DNA of 64,000 bases from Alphaproteobacteria bacterium (GTDB lineage: Bacteria > Pseudomonadota > Alphaproteobacteria > GCA-2731375), in the NCBI GenBank assembly GCA_965225945.1, contig CBDDBZ010000038.1, positions 96,001 through 160,000 on the forward strand, in the 5' to 3' direction. A program made the translations under genes and the position numbers. The notes beneath the pieces are model-generated. The model had not been told where the DNA came from. It saw only the letters and a list, made by a program, of their open reading frames with translations, and did no database searches. Positions 42,391-52,431 of the stretch are shown here, piece by piece (positions within the stretch are counted from its first letter, which is position 1; every line of letters begins with the position of its first letter).

Positions 42391-44487
42391 CTACTCGGGC
42401 GCCGTCAAGATCTGGACCCGGGCCTCGCTGCGCCGGCCGAGCGCGTCGATCAACACGAGCTCGGAAAATCCCGGACCGTCGACCCGCCACGCCGCCCGGC
42501 GAGCCCAGCGCGCGCTCGAGATCGGCCGGCCGTCCACCAGCCAGGTGAGCGGCCGCCGGCCGCCCTCGGCCTCGAGCGCGATTGCACCGTCGTCGCGGGG
42601 TCGAGGCAACACCGCCCGGTCGCGCGGATGGACGATCCGGGGCGGCGGGCCGGCGTGGACCCGGGCCGATCCGCGGCCACCGAGGCGGCGGAGCGCCGGG
42701 GGCAGGCCAGCGGCGGCCATGGCGCTGGCGCCCGGCGGGGGAATTGCCGCCGGCGCCGTGCTCGCCGGCAGTTGATCGAACACCCGGTACAGCAACGGCG
42801 CCGCGGTATTGACGCCGAAGTGGCCCGGCAACGGCGCGCCGTCGGGTCGGCCGACCCACACGCCGACCGTGTGATCGGCGGTGAAGCCGATCGCCCAGGC
42901 GTCACGGAACCCGTAGGAAGTGCCGGTCTTGTGGGCGATGCGTCGTCCCGCCGCGCGTCTTCCGCCGACGGCGTTCATGCTCCGGAGGATGCGGACGACC
43001 TGCCAGCGGGCGAGCGGGCGAAGTAGCGGCTCCCTCGCCGCCACGTTTCCCGGCGCGTCGGCGAGATGGCGCAGCGGGCGGACCCGCCCGTCGCTCGCCA
43101 GCGCGGCATAGAGCCGGACCAAATCCTCCAGCGTGATCCCGACCCCGCCGAGCGCCACCGCCAGACCCGGCCGCGCGTCGGGGGCGCCGAGGGCCAGGGC
43201 GATGCCTTCGCGCCGCAGCCGTTCGACGAAGGCGACCGGGCCCAACCTGTCGAGCAGCGCCACCGCCGGCACGTTCAGCGACAGGCGCAGGGCCTCCGCC
43301 AGGCTGATCTCGCCATAATGCCGGTCCATGAAGTTGGCCGGCGCGTAGTCGCCGAACTGGGTTGGCGCGTCCTCGACGATCGTCGCGGGGTGGGCGAGGC
43401 CGCGATCGAAGGCGAGGCCATAGATGATCGGCTTCAGGGTGGAACCCGGGGAGCGGACGGCGCGGGCGAAATCGACCCGGCCGTGACGCGTCGCATCGTG
43501 GAAGTCGGCGCTTCCGACGTGGGCCCGAACCGCGCGGCCAGCGTTGGCGACGACCAGAATCGCCACGTTGCCCGCCTGACCCACCTCGCGTGCCCAATCG
43601 CGGTCCATGGTTTGCAAGCGGCGCTGCAACACCGCGTCGAGGGTGGCGCGCACGACCGTGCCGTCGGGCGTGCCGGCACGCAGGCGATCGGCGAGATGGG
43701 GTGCCAGGAAGGCGGTCCGGCGGCGCGAGCGGCCCACCGGCTCGCGACGGGCCAAGGCGATCTCCGCCTTGGCGTAGCCCGCCCGCTCAGCCACCCGTGC
43801 CAACACCAGGTCCCGAACCGTTCGCGCCGCCGCCGGCGCGCGGTCGGGGCGGAGCCGGCCGGGCGCCCTCGGCAGGGCCACCAGCAAGGCCGCCTCGCCG
43901 GCCGTCAGCGCCTTCGGCTCGCGCCCGAAGTAGGCGCGCGAGGCCGCGCGCACGCCTTCCAGATTGCCGCCGAAGGGGGCGAGCGTCAGATACATGTCGA
44001 GGATCTCGTCCTTGGTGTGCCGCCGCTCGAGCTGGAGGGCGCGGAACATCTCGACCAGCTTGGCAGCCAGGCCGCGCGGACGCGGTCCCAGCAAGCGCGC
44101 CGTCTGCATGGTAAGGGTGGAGGCGCCGGAGACGATCCGGCCCGCCACCACGGCCTGTCCCGCCGCCCGCGCCAAAGCCAGCGGATCGACGCCCGGGTGA
44201 TCCCGGAAGCGCTTGTCCTCGAAGGCGATCAGCATCCGGATGTAGCGCGGATCGACCTCGCCGGCCCGGGTCGGCAGGCGAGCCATCCCGTCCGCGCTCA
44301 GATAGGACCGCAGCAGCCGGCCCTCCCGGTCGACGACCTCGGTCGAGAGGCGTTCGAGGCGGGAGAGGTCGGGCAGATAAACCGAATCGAGCAGCCGAAA
44401 GCCACCGAGCGCCAGGAGGCCGATCGCCGCCACCGCCAGGCCCGAGGCCGAGAGCCGGCCTCGGGAACTTTTGAGTCCGACTCTCAA
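42391..44487 (-). CDS. pbpC: Penicillin-binding protein 1C
   Basis: FEDKRF, SGASTLTMQ, SPGSTLKP, KTGTSYGFRDAW; TTG start overlaps the A2M stop. Confidence 0.93.
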   Translation of the reverse strand: MRVGLKSSRGRLSASGLAVAAIGLLALGGFRLLDSVYLPDLSRLERLSTEVVDREGRLLRSYLSADGMARLPTRAGEVDPRYIRMLIAFEDKRFRDHPGVDPLALARAAGQAVVAGRIVSGASTLTMQTARLLGPRPRGLAAKLVEMFRALQLERRHTKDEILDMYLTLAPFGGNLEGVRAASRAYFGREPKALTAGEAALLVALPRAPGRLRPDRAPAAARTVRDLVLARVAERAGYAKAEIALARREPVGRSRRRTAFLAPHLADRLRAGTPDGTVVRATLDAVLQRRLQTMDRDWAREVGQAGNVAILVVANAGRAVRAHVGSADFHDATRHGRVDFARAVRSPGSTLKPIIYGLAFDRGLAHPATIVEDAPTQFGDYAPANFMDRHYGEISLAEALRLSLNVPAVALLDRLGPVAFVERLRREGIALALGAPDARPGLAVALGGVGITLEDLVRLYAALASDGRVRPLRHLADAPGNVAAREPLLRPLARWQVVRILRSMNAVGGRRAAGRRIAHKTGTSYGFRDAWAIGFTADHTVGVWVGRPDGAPLPGHFGVNTAAPLLYRVFDQLPASTAPAAIPPPGASAMAAAGLPPALRRLGGRGSARVHAGPPPRIVHPRDRAVLPRPRDDGAIALEAEGGRRPLTWLVDGRPISSARWARRAAWRVDGPGFSELVLIDALGRRSEARVQILTAPE

Positions 44488-45848
44488 CGCGTGATCTCCA
44501 GCCACCCCGTCGGCCCGCGCGCGTGATAGCGCGGCTTGTACATGTCCTCGACGAAACTGCCGGGGTTGACGAAGCGGCCCGGCGTCACCGCGCGGGCGAC
44601 ATAGGCGACGGCGAAGCGGCGGCGATTGCCCCGGATGTCGAGCGCCGCGACATAGCGGTCGTCCCGCGCCGCCTCGAAGGCGGTGCGGCTCAACGGCGGC
44701 AGGAAGGTGAAGCCTCGTTTTTGGGTGCCGCCGAGGGCCGCGTTCTCGATCTCGAGCCCCGCCGGCAATAGGTCGACGACCAGCACCTCCCGCTCGCCGG
44801 ATGCCTTCGCCTCGCCCTCGACCAGCACCACCAGCCGATCGTTCCGCCGGATGCTCGCCGGGTCGACCTCGCCGCCGTCGAGGCTGAAATAGCGCCGCAG
44901 AATTGTGAAGCCGTTCTCGACCGCCTCGGGCGGCGTCGAGGGCACGCCGCGCCGGCTCTCGATGACCCGCACCGGATGGTCGCTCCGGTTCCGGATCGCC
45001 ACGCCTTCGGCGTCGTCGACCGCGAGGCGCACGCGGATCGGCTTGCCGGGGGAGCTCCGGGGCGTGCCGTCGATGGCGACGTCGAGCGCGCCGACGGCGT
45101 CGGTGAAGGCGTTCGTCGCCAACAGCAGCCAAGCCTGCTCCTGGGTGGAGAACCAGCGGCGCTGGTCGAATTGGCTCTCGATCAGCTCGGCCACCCGTTG
45201 ACGCCGCGCCGGCGTCGTCGAGAGCTCGGCCAGCAACGTCGCCAGCGCCGCGCCGTCGCGAAGGTCGGAGCCATAGTCTCGGATCGCCAACCCCTTCGGC
45301 CTTCGCTGGCGGAGTGCCGCGGCGAACAACGGCTCGGCCCGCGCCGCCTCGCCCAGGATGGTGAGCGCGCCCGCCACATGACCTAGCGCCAACCGTGTCT
45401 GCAGCCGCGCCGTGTAGTTGTCGGCGAAGTAGCGCGCCTCGCTCGCCTTCACCGCGCCGACGCGGGCGAGCGTGTAGAGGGCGTAGGCCCGGGCATGGAG
45501 CCCGCTGTTTGAGCGCCGCGCGTTGTAGCGGACCAGCCAGTTCTTGGCATGGTCGTAAGCCGCCGCCGGCACCGTGTGGCCGCGCTCTCGCGCCCGGGTC
45601 AGAAAGTCGAAGGCATAGGCGGTGAGCCAGGCATGGGAAACGCCGAAGGATTGCCAGACGGCGAAGGCACCGTCGGCGCGCTGGCGATCGAGCACGCGGG
45701 TGATGGCGCGGTCGATCCGGCGCTGCTGCGCCAAGCGGCCGGGCGCCACGCCCCAACTCGTCTGCAGGCCCGCCGCCACCAGGGTCGGGAGCGCGCGGGA
45801 AATCGTCTGTTCCGTGCAGCCGTAGGGATAGTCCCGCAGGCTCGCCAA
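44484..45848 (-). pseudogene. C-terminal part of bacterial alpha-2-macroglobulin (3' exon of the group II intron; 5' part absent from the window)
   Basis: Thioester motif YPYGCTEQ, STQEQAW, VDLLPAGLEIEN, VEDMYKP; directly upstream of pbpC. Confidence 0.9.
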
Positions 45849-46076
45849 GTTACGGTAGGAATGCGCATTGCTGCGCACCCCCCGCGGTTACGGTAGGAAT
45901 GCGCATTGCTGCGCACCCCCCGCGGTTACGGTAGGAATGCGCATTGCTGCGCACCCCCCGCAGTTACGGTAGGAATGCGCATTGCTGCGCACCCCCCGCG
46001 GTTACGGTAGGAATGCGCATTGCTGCGCACCCCCCGCGGTTACGGTAGGAATGCGCATTGCTGCGCACCCCCCGCG
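45849..46076 (-). repeat. 6 x 38-bp tandem array of group II intron domain VI + 3' splice site
   Basis: Minus-strand unit CGCGGGGGGTGCGCAGCAATGCGCATTCCTACCGTAAC; units start at 45849, 45887, 45925, 45963, 46001, 46039; one SNP at 45962; no spacers. Confidence 0.95.
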
Positions 46077-47957
46077 CAGATCCGGACGTGGTCGTTGAAC
46101 CATCCGGCTCCTACCTCGGGTGCTTGACGGCAAACCGCTGGTCCGGCCATGGGTGGCGGATGGAGGCGCGTGGCCACAGGATTTCGGTCATGCGCTCCAG
46201 TCGCTTCCAACTAAATCGGGCTCGCTGGGACCGGCGGCGTAGCGCCCGCATCCACCGGCGTTGCAGCCTGCGGAGGAACGCACGGATGAACCGGCCTGAC
46301 CCTGGGACGGCAAAGTAGTTGAGCCAGCCATTGCAGACTCGCCCCAGCCACCTACCAACTTCCCAGATGTCGTGGTGCCAGCGCTTGCGGAGCACCTCGT
46401 CGATGCGCGCCAGGGTCCTGTTGACCCGTTTGGCGACCGGTTTGCGACCAAGCCGAAAGCGTCCTCTCAGGGTCGTCGTGCAATAGTGCGTGAGGCCCAG
46501 AAAGTCGAAAGTCTCCGGCTTGCCCACCCCGCGCTGGCGCCGGTTCAAATCCGCGAACCGGCCAAACTCCACGAGGCGGGTCTTGTCCTGGTGGAGGCTG
46601 AGACCGAACCGGGCCAGCCTCTCCCGAACGTCGCGGAGGTACCGCTCCGCATCCCGCTTGTGTTGGAACCCGACAACGATATCGTCAGCGTAACGGACGA
46701 TGATCGCTTCGCCATCCGGGACGTTCGGGCGCCATTTCTTGTGGAACCACAAGTCGAGCACGTAATGCAGGAACACGTTCGCCAAGACGGGGGAGACTAT
46801 TGCCCCCTGCGGCGTGCCCATACCCGTATCTGCCCATGACCCACTCTCTATGACGCCGGCGTTCAGCCATTTCCAGATCAGACGGATGACCCGCCTGTCT
46901 CCGATGCGGTGCTCTAGGAACCTGATCAACCAATCCCGCGGGATCGTGTCGAAGTACGCCCGGAGGTCTGCATCGACTATCCAGCTGACCTTGCGCCGTT
47001 TTATCCCGAAGGCCAGGGCATCGAGCGCATCGTGCGCCCCCCGCCCCGGTCGGAACCCGTAGCTGAAGCCAAGAAACACCACCTCGTAGATCGGTGTCAG
47101 GATCACATCCACAACCGCCTTCTGGACGACCTTGTCCTCCAGCGCCGCGATCCCGAGCGGTCGTGTCCCCCCGTCCGGCTTGGGTATCTCTACCCGCCGA
47201 ACCGGCGGCGCCCGGTACGCTCCCCCTCTGTGCAGGCGCCGGTGCAGGTCGAGCAGGCGCTCATCCAGACCCTCGCCGTACATGTCCCACGTAACGCCGT
47301 CGACACCGGCTGCTGCGTCCTTCTTCAATGCGAAGTAGGCCGCACCGAGCGCGTCCGGCGTAATGTGGTGGAAGAGCGCAGTGAGACCTTCCTTCGGGTT
47401 TCTCTCTGCAGCTTTCCGTATCCGGGCCGCCGCCTGTGGCACGCTTACCCGACACTGGGTTCGGCGCGTGCTTTGGCAATCCGGATTCCCCTTGGTTGAG
47501 GCCCTTTCCTCCGGCGACTCCGCAGAAGCTCGCGCTCCCTTGTTCGCCGCCCTCACAGGTCGTATGGCCTCATCCGACTTCTTCAAACCGTTCATCATAG
47601 GCTTCGGTTTTCTCCATTCCCTACGCGGCCCCTTTACGACAACCGGGGCAGTTTGAAGACCTCCCAGGGTCCCAACAGAAGGCGTGCGAACGTGCATGGG
47701 TTCTCTGACACCGCGGGGCTCGCCGACATCTCACCAAAACGACGCCTGCGATATTGCCTTCGACCGATCTGAAAGCCTCGGCACCCCGGACCATCGCTTT
47801 TACGGTGCTCAATAGCCCTGCCCATCCATGCCGCTACCGACGCTTCGCCTGCCCCCTCACGGGAGCCAACGCACGGCTCGCGGAGAAACGTGGTTCGGTT
47901 ACTCCTTCGTTCCGGGGGACTTGCACCCCCTACCTTCTGCCAGTTCGCCTGGCGCAC
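46039..47957 (-). mobile_element. Complete group II intron (inner copy, 1919 nt; IIB-like, no endonuclease domain)
   Basis: 5' end GTGCGCCAGG at 47957; DV GAGCCGGATG..GTCCGGATC at 46110-46079; DVI with bulged A and AAC end. Confidence 0.95.
46111..47598 (-). CDS. ltrA: Group II intron reverse transcriptase/maturase
   Basis: AAGVDG, IPKPDG.TRPLGI, GTPQGAIVSPVLAN, RYADD, FDFLG, X domain; no HNH. Confidence 0.96.
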   Translation of the reverse strand: MMNGLKKSDEAIRPVRAANKGARASAESPEERASTKGNPDCQSTRRTQCRVSVPQAAARIRKAAERNPKEGLTALFHHITPDALGAAYFALKKDAAAGVDGVTWDMYGEGLDERLLDLHRRLHRGGAYRAPPVRRVEIPKPDGGTRPLGIAALEDKVVQKAVVDVILTPIYEVVFLGFSYGFRPGRGAHDALDALAFGIKRRKVSWIVDADLRAYFDTIPRDWLIRFLEHRIGDRRVIRLIWKWLNAGVIESGSWADTGMGTPQGAIVSPVLANVFLHYVLDLWFHKKWRPNVPDGEAIIVRYADDIVVGFQHKRDAERYLRDVRERLARFGLSLHQDKTRLVEFGRFADLNRRQRGVGKPETFDFLGLTHYCTTTLRGRFRLGRKPVAKRVNRTLARIDEVLRKRWHHDIWEVGRWLGRVCNGWLNYFAVPGSGRFIRAFLRRLQRRWMRALRRRSQRARFSWKRLERMTEILWPRASIRHPWPDQRFAVKHPR

Positions 47958-48783
47958 CAGATCCGGACGTGGTCGTTGAACCATCCGGCTCCTACCTCGG
48001 GTGCTTGACGGCAAACCGCTGGTCCGGCCATGGGTGGCGGATGGAGGCGCGTGGCCACAGGATTTCGGTCATGCGCTCCAGTCGCTTCCAACTAAATCGG
48101 GCTCGCTGGGACCGGCGGCGTAGCGCCCGCATCCACCGGCGTTGCAGCCTGCGGAGGAACGCACGGATGAACCGGCCTGACCCTGGGACGGCAAAGTAGT
48201 TGAGCCAGCCATTGCAGACTCGCCCCAGCCACCTACCAACTTCCCAGATGTCGTGGTGCCAGCGCTTGCGGAGCACCTCGTCGATGCGCGCCAGGGTCCT
48301 GTTGACCCGTTTGGCGACCGGTTTGCGACCAAGCCGAAAGCGTCCTCTCAGGGTCGTCGTGCAATAGTGCGTGAGGCCCAGAAAGTCGAAAGTCTCCGGC
48401 TTGCCCACCCCGCGCTGGCGCCGGTTCAAATCCGCGAACCGGCCAAACTCCACGAGGCGGGTCTTGTCCTGGTGGAGGCTGAGACCGAACCGGGCCAGCC
48501 TCTCCCGAACGTCGCGGAGGTACCGCTCCGCATCCCGCTTGTGTTGGAACCCGACAACGATATCGTCAGCGTAACGGACGATGATCGCTTCGCCATCCGG
48601 GACGTTCGGGCGCCATTTCTTGTGGAACCACAAGTCGAGCACGTAATGCAGGAACACGTTCGCCAAGACGGGGGAGACTATTGCCCCCTGCGGCGTGCCC
48701 ATACCCGTATCTGCCCATGACCCACTCTCTATGACGCCTGAGTCGGACCCGATTTCCTTGGACACAGAATTGGTTTAATCGAA

Positions 48784-49215
48784 GTGTCCAAGGAGGACCG
48801 GAACATGACCGACAATTTTGAGAACAAAGTTGCTGTTGATGGGCCTGTGGTAAACGAGGGCGAGCTTGGCTCGTCCACGTTTTCCCCGGGCCAGGTTTCG
48901 CCGGCAGGCCCGCTGGGACTTGGCCAGCGGTGGACGGTGACGCGCAAGCGTGAGGTTGCCCTGCGGCTTTTGCGTGGCGAGCCGGTGGAACTTTTGTCGC
49001 GGCAGTTGGGCGTGGAGATTTTCCGGCTCGAGCAGTGGCGTGAGAAGGCGATCGCCGGGATCGATGCCTCGCTCAAGGAACGCAAGGGCGATCCGGTAAA
49101 GGCGGAACTGGACATCGCCATGAAGCGGATCGGGGAGTTGATCATGCAGGTGGAACTGCTGGAGGCCAAGACGGAGACGTCCGGCCCTTTGGGGCGGCGG
49201 AGGTCGCGGCGATGA
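48784..49215 (+). CDS. IS OrfA (HTH)
   Basis: RWTVTRKREVALRLLRGE...SRQLGV; ATGA overlap with OrfB; start uncertain. Confidence 0.8.
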   Translation: MSKEDRNMTDNFENKVAVDGPVVNEGELGSSTFSPGQVSPAGPLGLGQRWTVTRKREVALRLLRGEPVELLSRQLGVEIFRLEQWREKAIAGIDASLKERKGDPVKAELDIAMKRIGELIMQVELLEAKTETSGPLGRRRSRR

Positions 49216-50123
49216 GTGCCGCCACCTCTCCCGGCACGGGTTTGGCCTACGGCCTCCAGCGGGTCTGTGCGGCCTGGGGTTTTGCCCGTTCCTCGTTCTA
49301 CGCCATGAAATCCCGGCAGCAGGCCACCGCTGAGCGCCCACCAGCAAAGCGCCGGGGACCGAAGCCCTCGATCTCGGACGAGGCTCTGCTGGTGGCCATC
49401 GAGGCCGACCTGGAGGCATCCCCCTGGGAGGGCGAGGGACACCGCAAGGTCTGGGCTCGGCTTCGGGTCTGTCGTGGCATCCGTGTTTCCCGCAAGCGGG
49501 TGCTCCGGGTGATGCGCGAGAACAACCTGCTCTCGCCCCATCGCTGCCGCCGCCGTGGCGGAAATCCCCATGTCGGTGAGATCATCACCCATGCCCCCAA
49601 CCTCATGTGGGGCACGGACGGCGTTCGGGTGTTCACGGTGGACGACGGCTGGGGCTGGATATTCACCGCCATCGAGCATTGGAACGCCGAGTGCGTCGGC
49701 TGGCATGTGTGCAAGCGAGGCGACCGCTTCGCCGCCCTTCAGCCAATCTCCATGGGGCTTGCGAGGCTGTATGCCTCGACCTCCGCCGGTGCGGCGCGGG
49801 GGCTGGCCTTGCGGATGGATCACGGCTCCCAGTATCTGTCGGACCACTTCACCAACCAGATCAAGTTCTGGGGCATCCAGCCGTCCTACGCCTTCGTCGA
49901 ACAGCCCCAGACCAACGGCGTCGCCGAGAGGTTCAATCGCACGCTCAAGGAACAGATCATCCATGGCCGCATCTACCGCAACATCGCGGAGCTGCGGAAC
50001 GCCGTCCGCGGGTTCGTCGAACAGTACAATGCCCAGTGGATCGTGGAGAAGAACGGCTACCTGAGCCCCGCTCAAGCTCGTCAGGCGTGGCACACCGCGA
50101 TGTCACTCAGGCCCGCCGCATGA
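49212..50123 (+). CDS. IS OrfB DDE integrase-core transposase
   Basis: WGTD, RMDHGSQY, NGVAERFNRTLKE. Confidence 0.92.
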   Translation: MSAATSPGTGLAYGLQRVCAAWGFARSSFYAMKSRQQATAERPPAKRRGPKPSISDEALLVAIEADLEASPWEGEGHRKVWARLRVCRGIRVSRKRVLRVMRENNLLSPHRCRRRGGNPHVGEIITHAPNLMWGTDGVRVFTVDDGWGWIFTAIEHWNAECVGWHVCKRGDRFAALQPISMGLARLYASTSAGAARGLALRMDHGSQYLSDHFTNQIKFWGIQPSYAFVEQPQTNGVAERFNRTLKEQIIHGRIYRNIAELRNAVRGFVEQYNAQWIVEKNGYLSPAQARQAWHTAMSLRPAA

Positions 50124-50452
50124 GACAAACTTGTGTCCAAGGAACCGGGTGCGATACACTCTCTATGACGCCGGCGTTCAGCCATTTCCAGATCAGACGG
50201 ATGACCCGCCTGTCTCCGATGCGGTGCTCTAGGAACGTGATCAACCAATCCCGCGGGATCGTGTCGAAGTACGCCCGGAGGTCTGCATCGACTATCCAGC
50301 TGACCTTGCGCCGTTCTATCCCGAAGGCCAGGGCATCGAGCGCATCGTGCGCCCCCCGCCCCGGTCGGAACCCGTAGCTGAAGCCAAGAAACACCACCTC
50401 GTAGATCGGTGTCAGGATCACATCCACAACCGCCTTCTGGACGACCTTGTCC

Positions 50453-51499
50453 GATTGAGCAACCTGATGTGTGGAAATTCGGAACGCCGTTGATCAGTCA
50501 TCCTCTGCTTTCCAAGTGATGTAGGGTTTTTCGGTGGTTTCCCATTTCTCGTCGATTTCGACGAGGATGGCGGTGACCAGACGTTCGAGCGAGGCCTCGT
50601 TGGGAAAGACCCTGACCTTTACGGTGCGGCGCTTGATCTCCTGCTGGATGGATCGCTCCATGGGGTTCGAGGTTCGCATGCGCTTTTGGTGGCGCTCGGG
50701 CAGGGCGAAGACGGCGAGGCCCTCGGGGATCGCCGTCTCCAGCCAATCGGCGAGCTTGGGGGCGCTGTCGCGGTAGGCCGCCACCAGATGGCCCAGCTCG
50801 GCCTCGGCGGCCTTGCCGTCGGCGGCGTTCCAGACCCGGCGCAGCTCCTTGCCGATGGCCTTTCGGATGGCGAGGTTGGGGGCGTGATGGATGGCGTTTT
50901 GAGCCAGATGGTACTGACAGCGCTGCCAGACGGCGCCGCCGAGGACGGCCTTGCGCGCGGCGCCGAGGCCTGGATGATCATCGGAAACGATATAGGCGAC
51001 ACCGCGCATGCCACCGGCAACCAGGGTCTCCAGGAAGGCGCGCCAGTGCACTTCGGCCTCGGAGAGCGCACAGGAAACACCGAGCACCCGGCGGCGCTGG
51101 TCGGGGCCGATGCCGATCACCGAGAGCACGGCGGCGTCGCGCACCACGCCACCCTCTCGGACTTTCTCATAGCGCGCGTCGAGGAGCAGGTAGCGGATCT
51201 CGCCCAGCGGCCGGTTGCGCCAGGCATCCAGCTCCCCATCCAAGAGCTTGGCGGCGCGGCTGACCTGGCTCGACGACAGGCTCTCCAGGCCGAACTCGCG
51301 CATCACCGCCTCGGCGTCACGGGTGGAGACGCCTTTGATATACATCTCCGCCACGGCCAGCATGACAGCGCGGCAGGAGCGCCGTCCGCGCTCCAGGGCT
51401 TGGGGGTAAAAAGGCGCCTCATGACCGGCGGTCTTGGGAACCTCGAGCCTCACCGTACCGGCCGGGGTGTCGATCTTCTTGGGTCTGGTGCCGTTGGCG
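50453..51499 (-). mobile_element. IS256 family element, 5'-truncated by IS21
   Basis: EMYIKGVSTRD, LDARYEKVR, SDDHPGL, WQRCQYH, RTSNPMER; ORF ends at 50494. Confidence 0.92.
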
Positions 51500-51702
51500 T
51501 GTCAATCGGCGTTGAACATTGACCCCCTATCGGCGTGCAATGTTGACCCCTTTGGGGATGCACGGCGGAGGTCGTACAGGTAGTCCATAGGAGGGGCCCG
51601 CGCGCGGGCCGACGCGCCCACCACGCGGCTGGCGGCGGACCGCGCGTGGGAGGTTCCTGTGGGCCCACCTGGGCGACCGGGCGGCAGGTGGATCGGTTGC
51701 CT

Positions 51703-52431
51703 TTAGGACCGATTCTTGAAGCGCCAGGAGTCGTTTCCGGTCTCGATGATCTCGCAGTGGTGCGTCAGACGATCGAGGAGCGCGGTGGTCATCTTGGCGT
51801 CGCCGAAGACGGACGGCCATTCGCCGAAGGTCAGGTTGGTGGTGACGATGATCGAGGTGCGCTCGTAGAGCCGGCTGACGAGGTGGAACAGCAGCTGGCC
51901 TCCGGTTTGGGCGAAGGGCAGGTAGCCGAGCTCGTCGAGGATGACGAGGTCGCGCCGGGCCAGCTGATCGGCGAGCCGGCCCTGGCGGCCGGCGCGGGCT
52001 TCGGCCTCGAGCCGGTTGACCAGGTCGACGACGTTGAAGAAGCGGCCCCGGGCGCCATCGCGGATGCAGGCCCGCGCGATGGCGACGGCGAGATGGCTCT
52101 TGCCGGTGCCGGTGCCGCCGATCAGCACGGCGTTGCGCTGGTTGGCCAGGAAGCCGCCGACCGCCAACTCGCGGACCAGCGGCTCGTTGACCGGGGTGTC
52201 GGTGAAGTCGAAGTCGGCCAGCTCCTTGGCCAGCGGCAGCTTGGCGCCACTCATCTGGTACTTGATGGATCGCGCCTGCTTGTCGGCGATCTCGGCCTTC
52301 AACAGCTCGCCGATGATTCGCTGCATCGGATGCTGGCGCTTGAGGCCGTCGGCGAGCACCTCGTCGAACGCGTCGCGCATGCCGGCGAGCTTGAGTGCGG
52401 CCATCATCTCCAGGACCTCATGGCGCTCCAT
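51703..52431 (-). CDS. istB: IS21 helper ATPase IstB
   Basis: Identical translation to 7263-7991. Confidence 0.95.
   Translation of the reverse strand: MERHEVLEMMAALKLAGMRDAFDEVLADGLKRQHPMQRIIGELLKAEIADKQARSIKYQMSGAKLPLAKELADFDFTDTPVNEPLVRELAVGGFLANQRNAVLIGGTGTGKSHLAVAIARACIRDGARGRFFNVVDLVNRLEAEARAGRQGRLADQLARRDLVILDELGYLPFAQTGGQLLFHLVSRLYERTSIIVTTNLTFGEWPSVFGDAKMTTALLDRLTHHCEIIETGNDSWRFKNRS

Larger units (their letters stand above)
48739..50158 (+). mobile_element. IS3-family-like element (1420 bp) with a 14-bp target duplication
   Basis: IRs TGAGTCGGACCCGATTTCCTTGGACACA / TGTATCGCACCCGGTTCCTTGGACACA; CTCTCTATGACGCC at 48725-48738 and 50159-50172. Confidence 0.93.
47958..50452 (-). mobile_element. 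Second (outer) group II intron copy: 5'-truncated by IS256, IS3-interrupted, ending at DV where the inner copy is inserted
   Basis: Direct repeat offset 1881 bp; substitutions vs the inner copy (GIERRK/GIKRRK, LITFLE/LIRFLE); DV at 47991-47960. Confidence 0.93.

Noticed and set aside
44488-45756. 1121-aa extended PbpC in the ORF track
   Set aside because: The extension is an off-frame read of the A2M gene; PbpC homology begins near 44487.
45849-46076. CRISPR array next to a reverse transcriptase
   Set aside because: Units are contiguous with no spacers, no cas genes are present, and the unit is intron domain VI.
46111-48765. Diversity-generating retroelement or retron
   Set aside because: The RT has group II maturase features with flanking DV/DVI and a GTGCG 5' end; the repeated region shows no adenine-specific variation.
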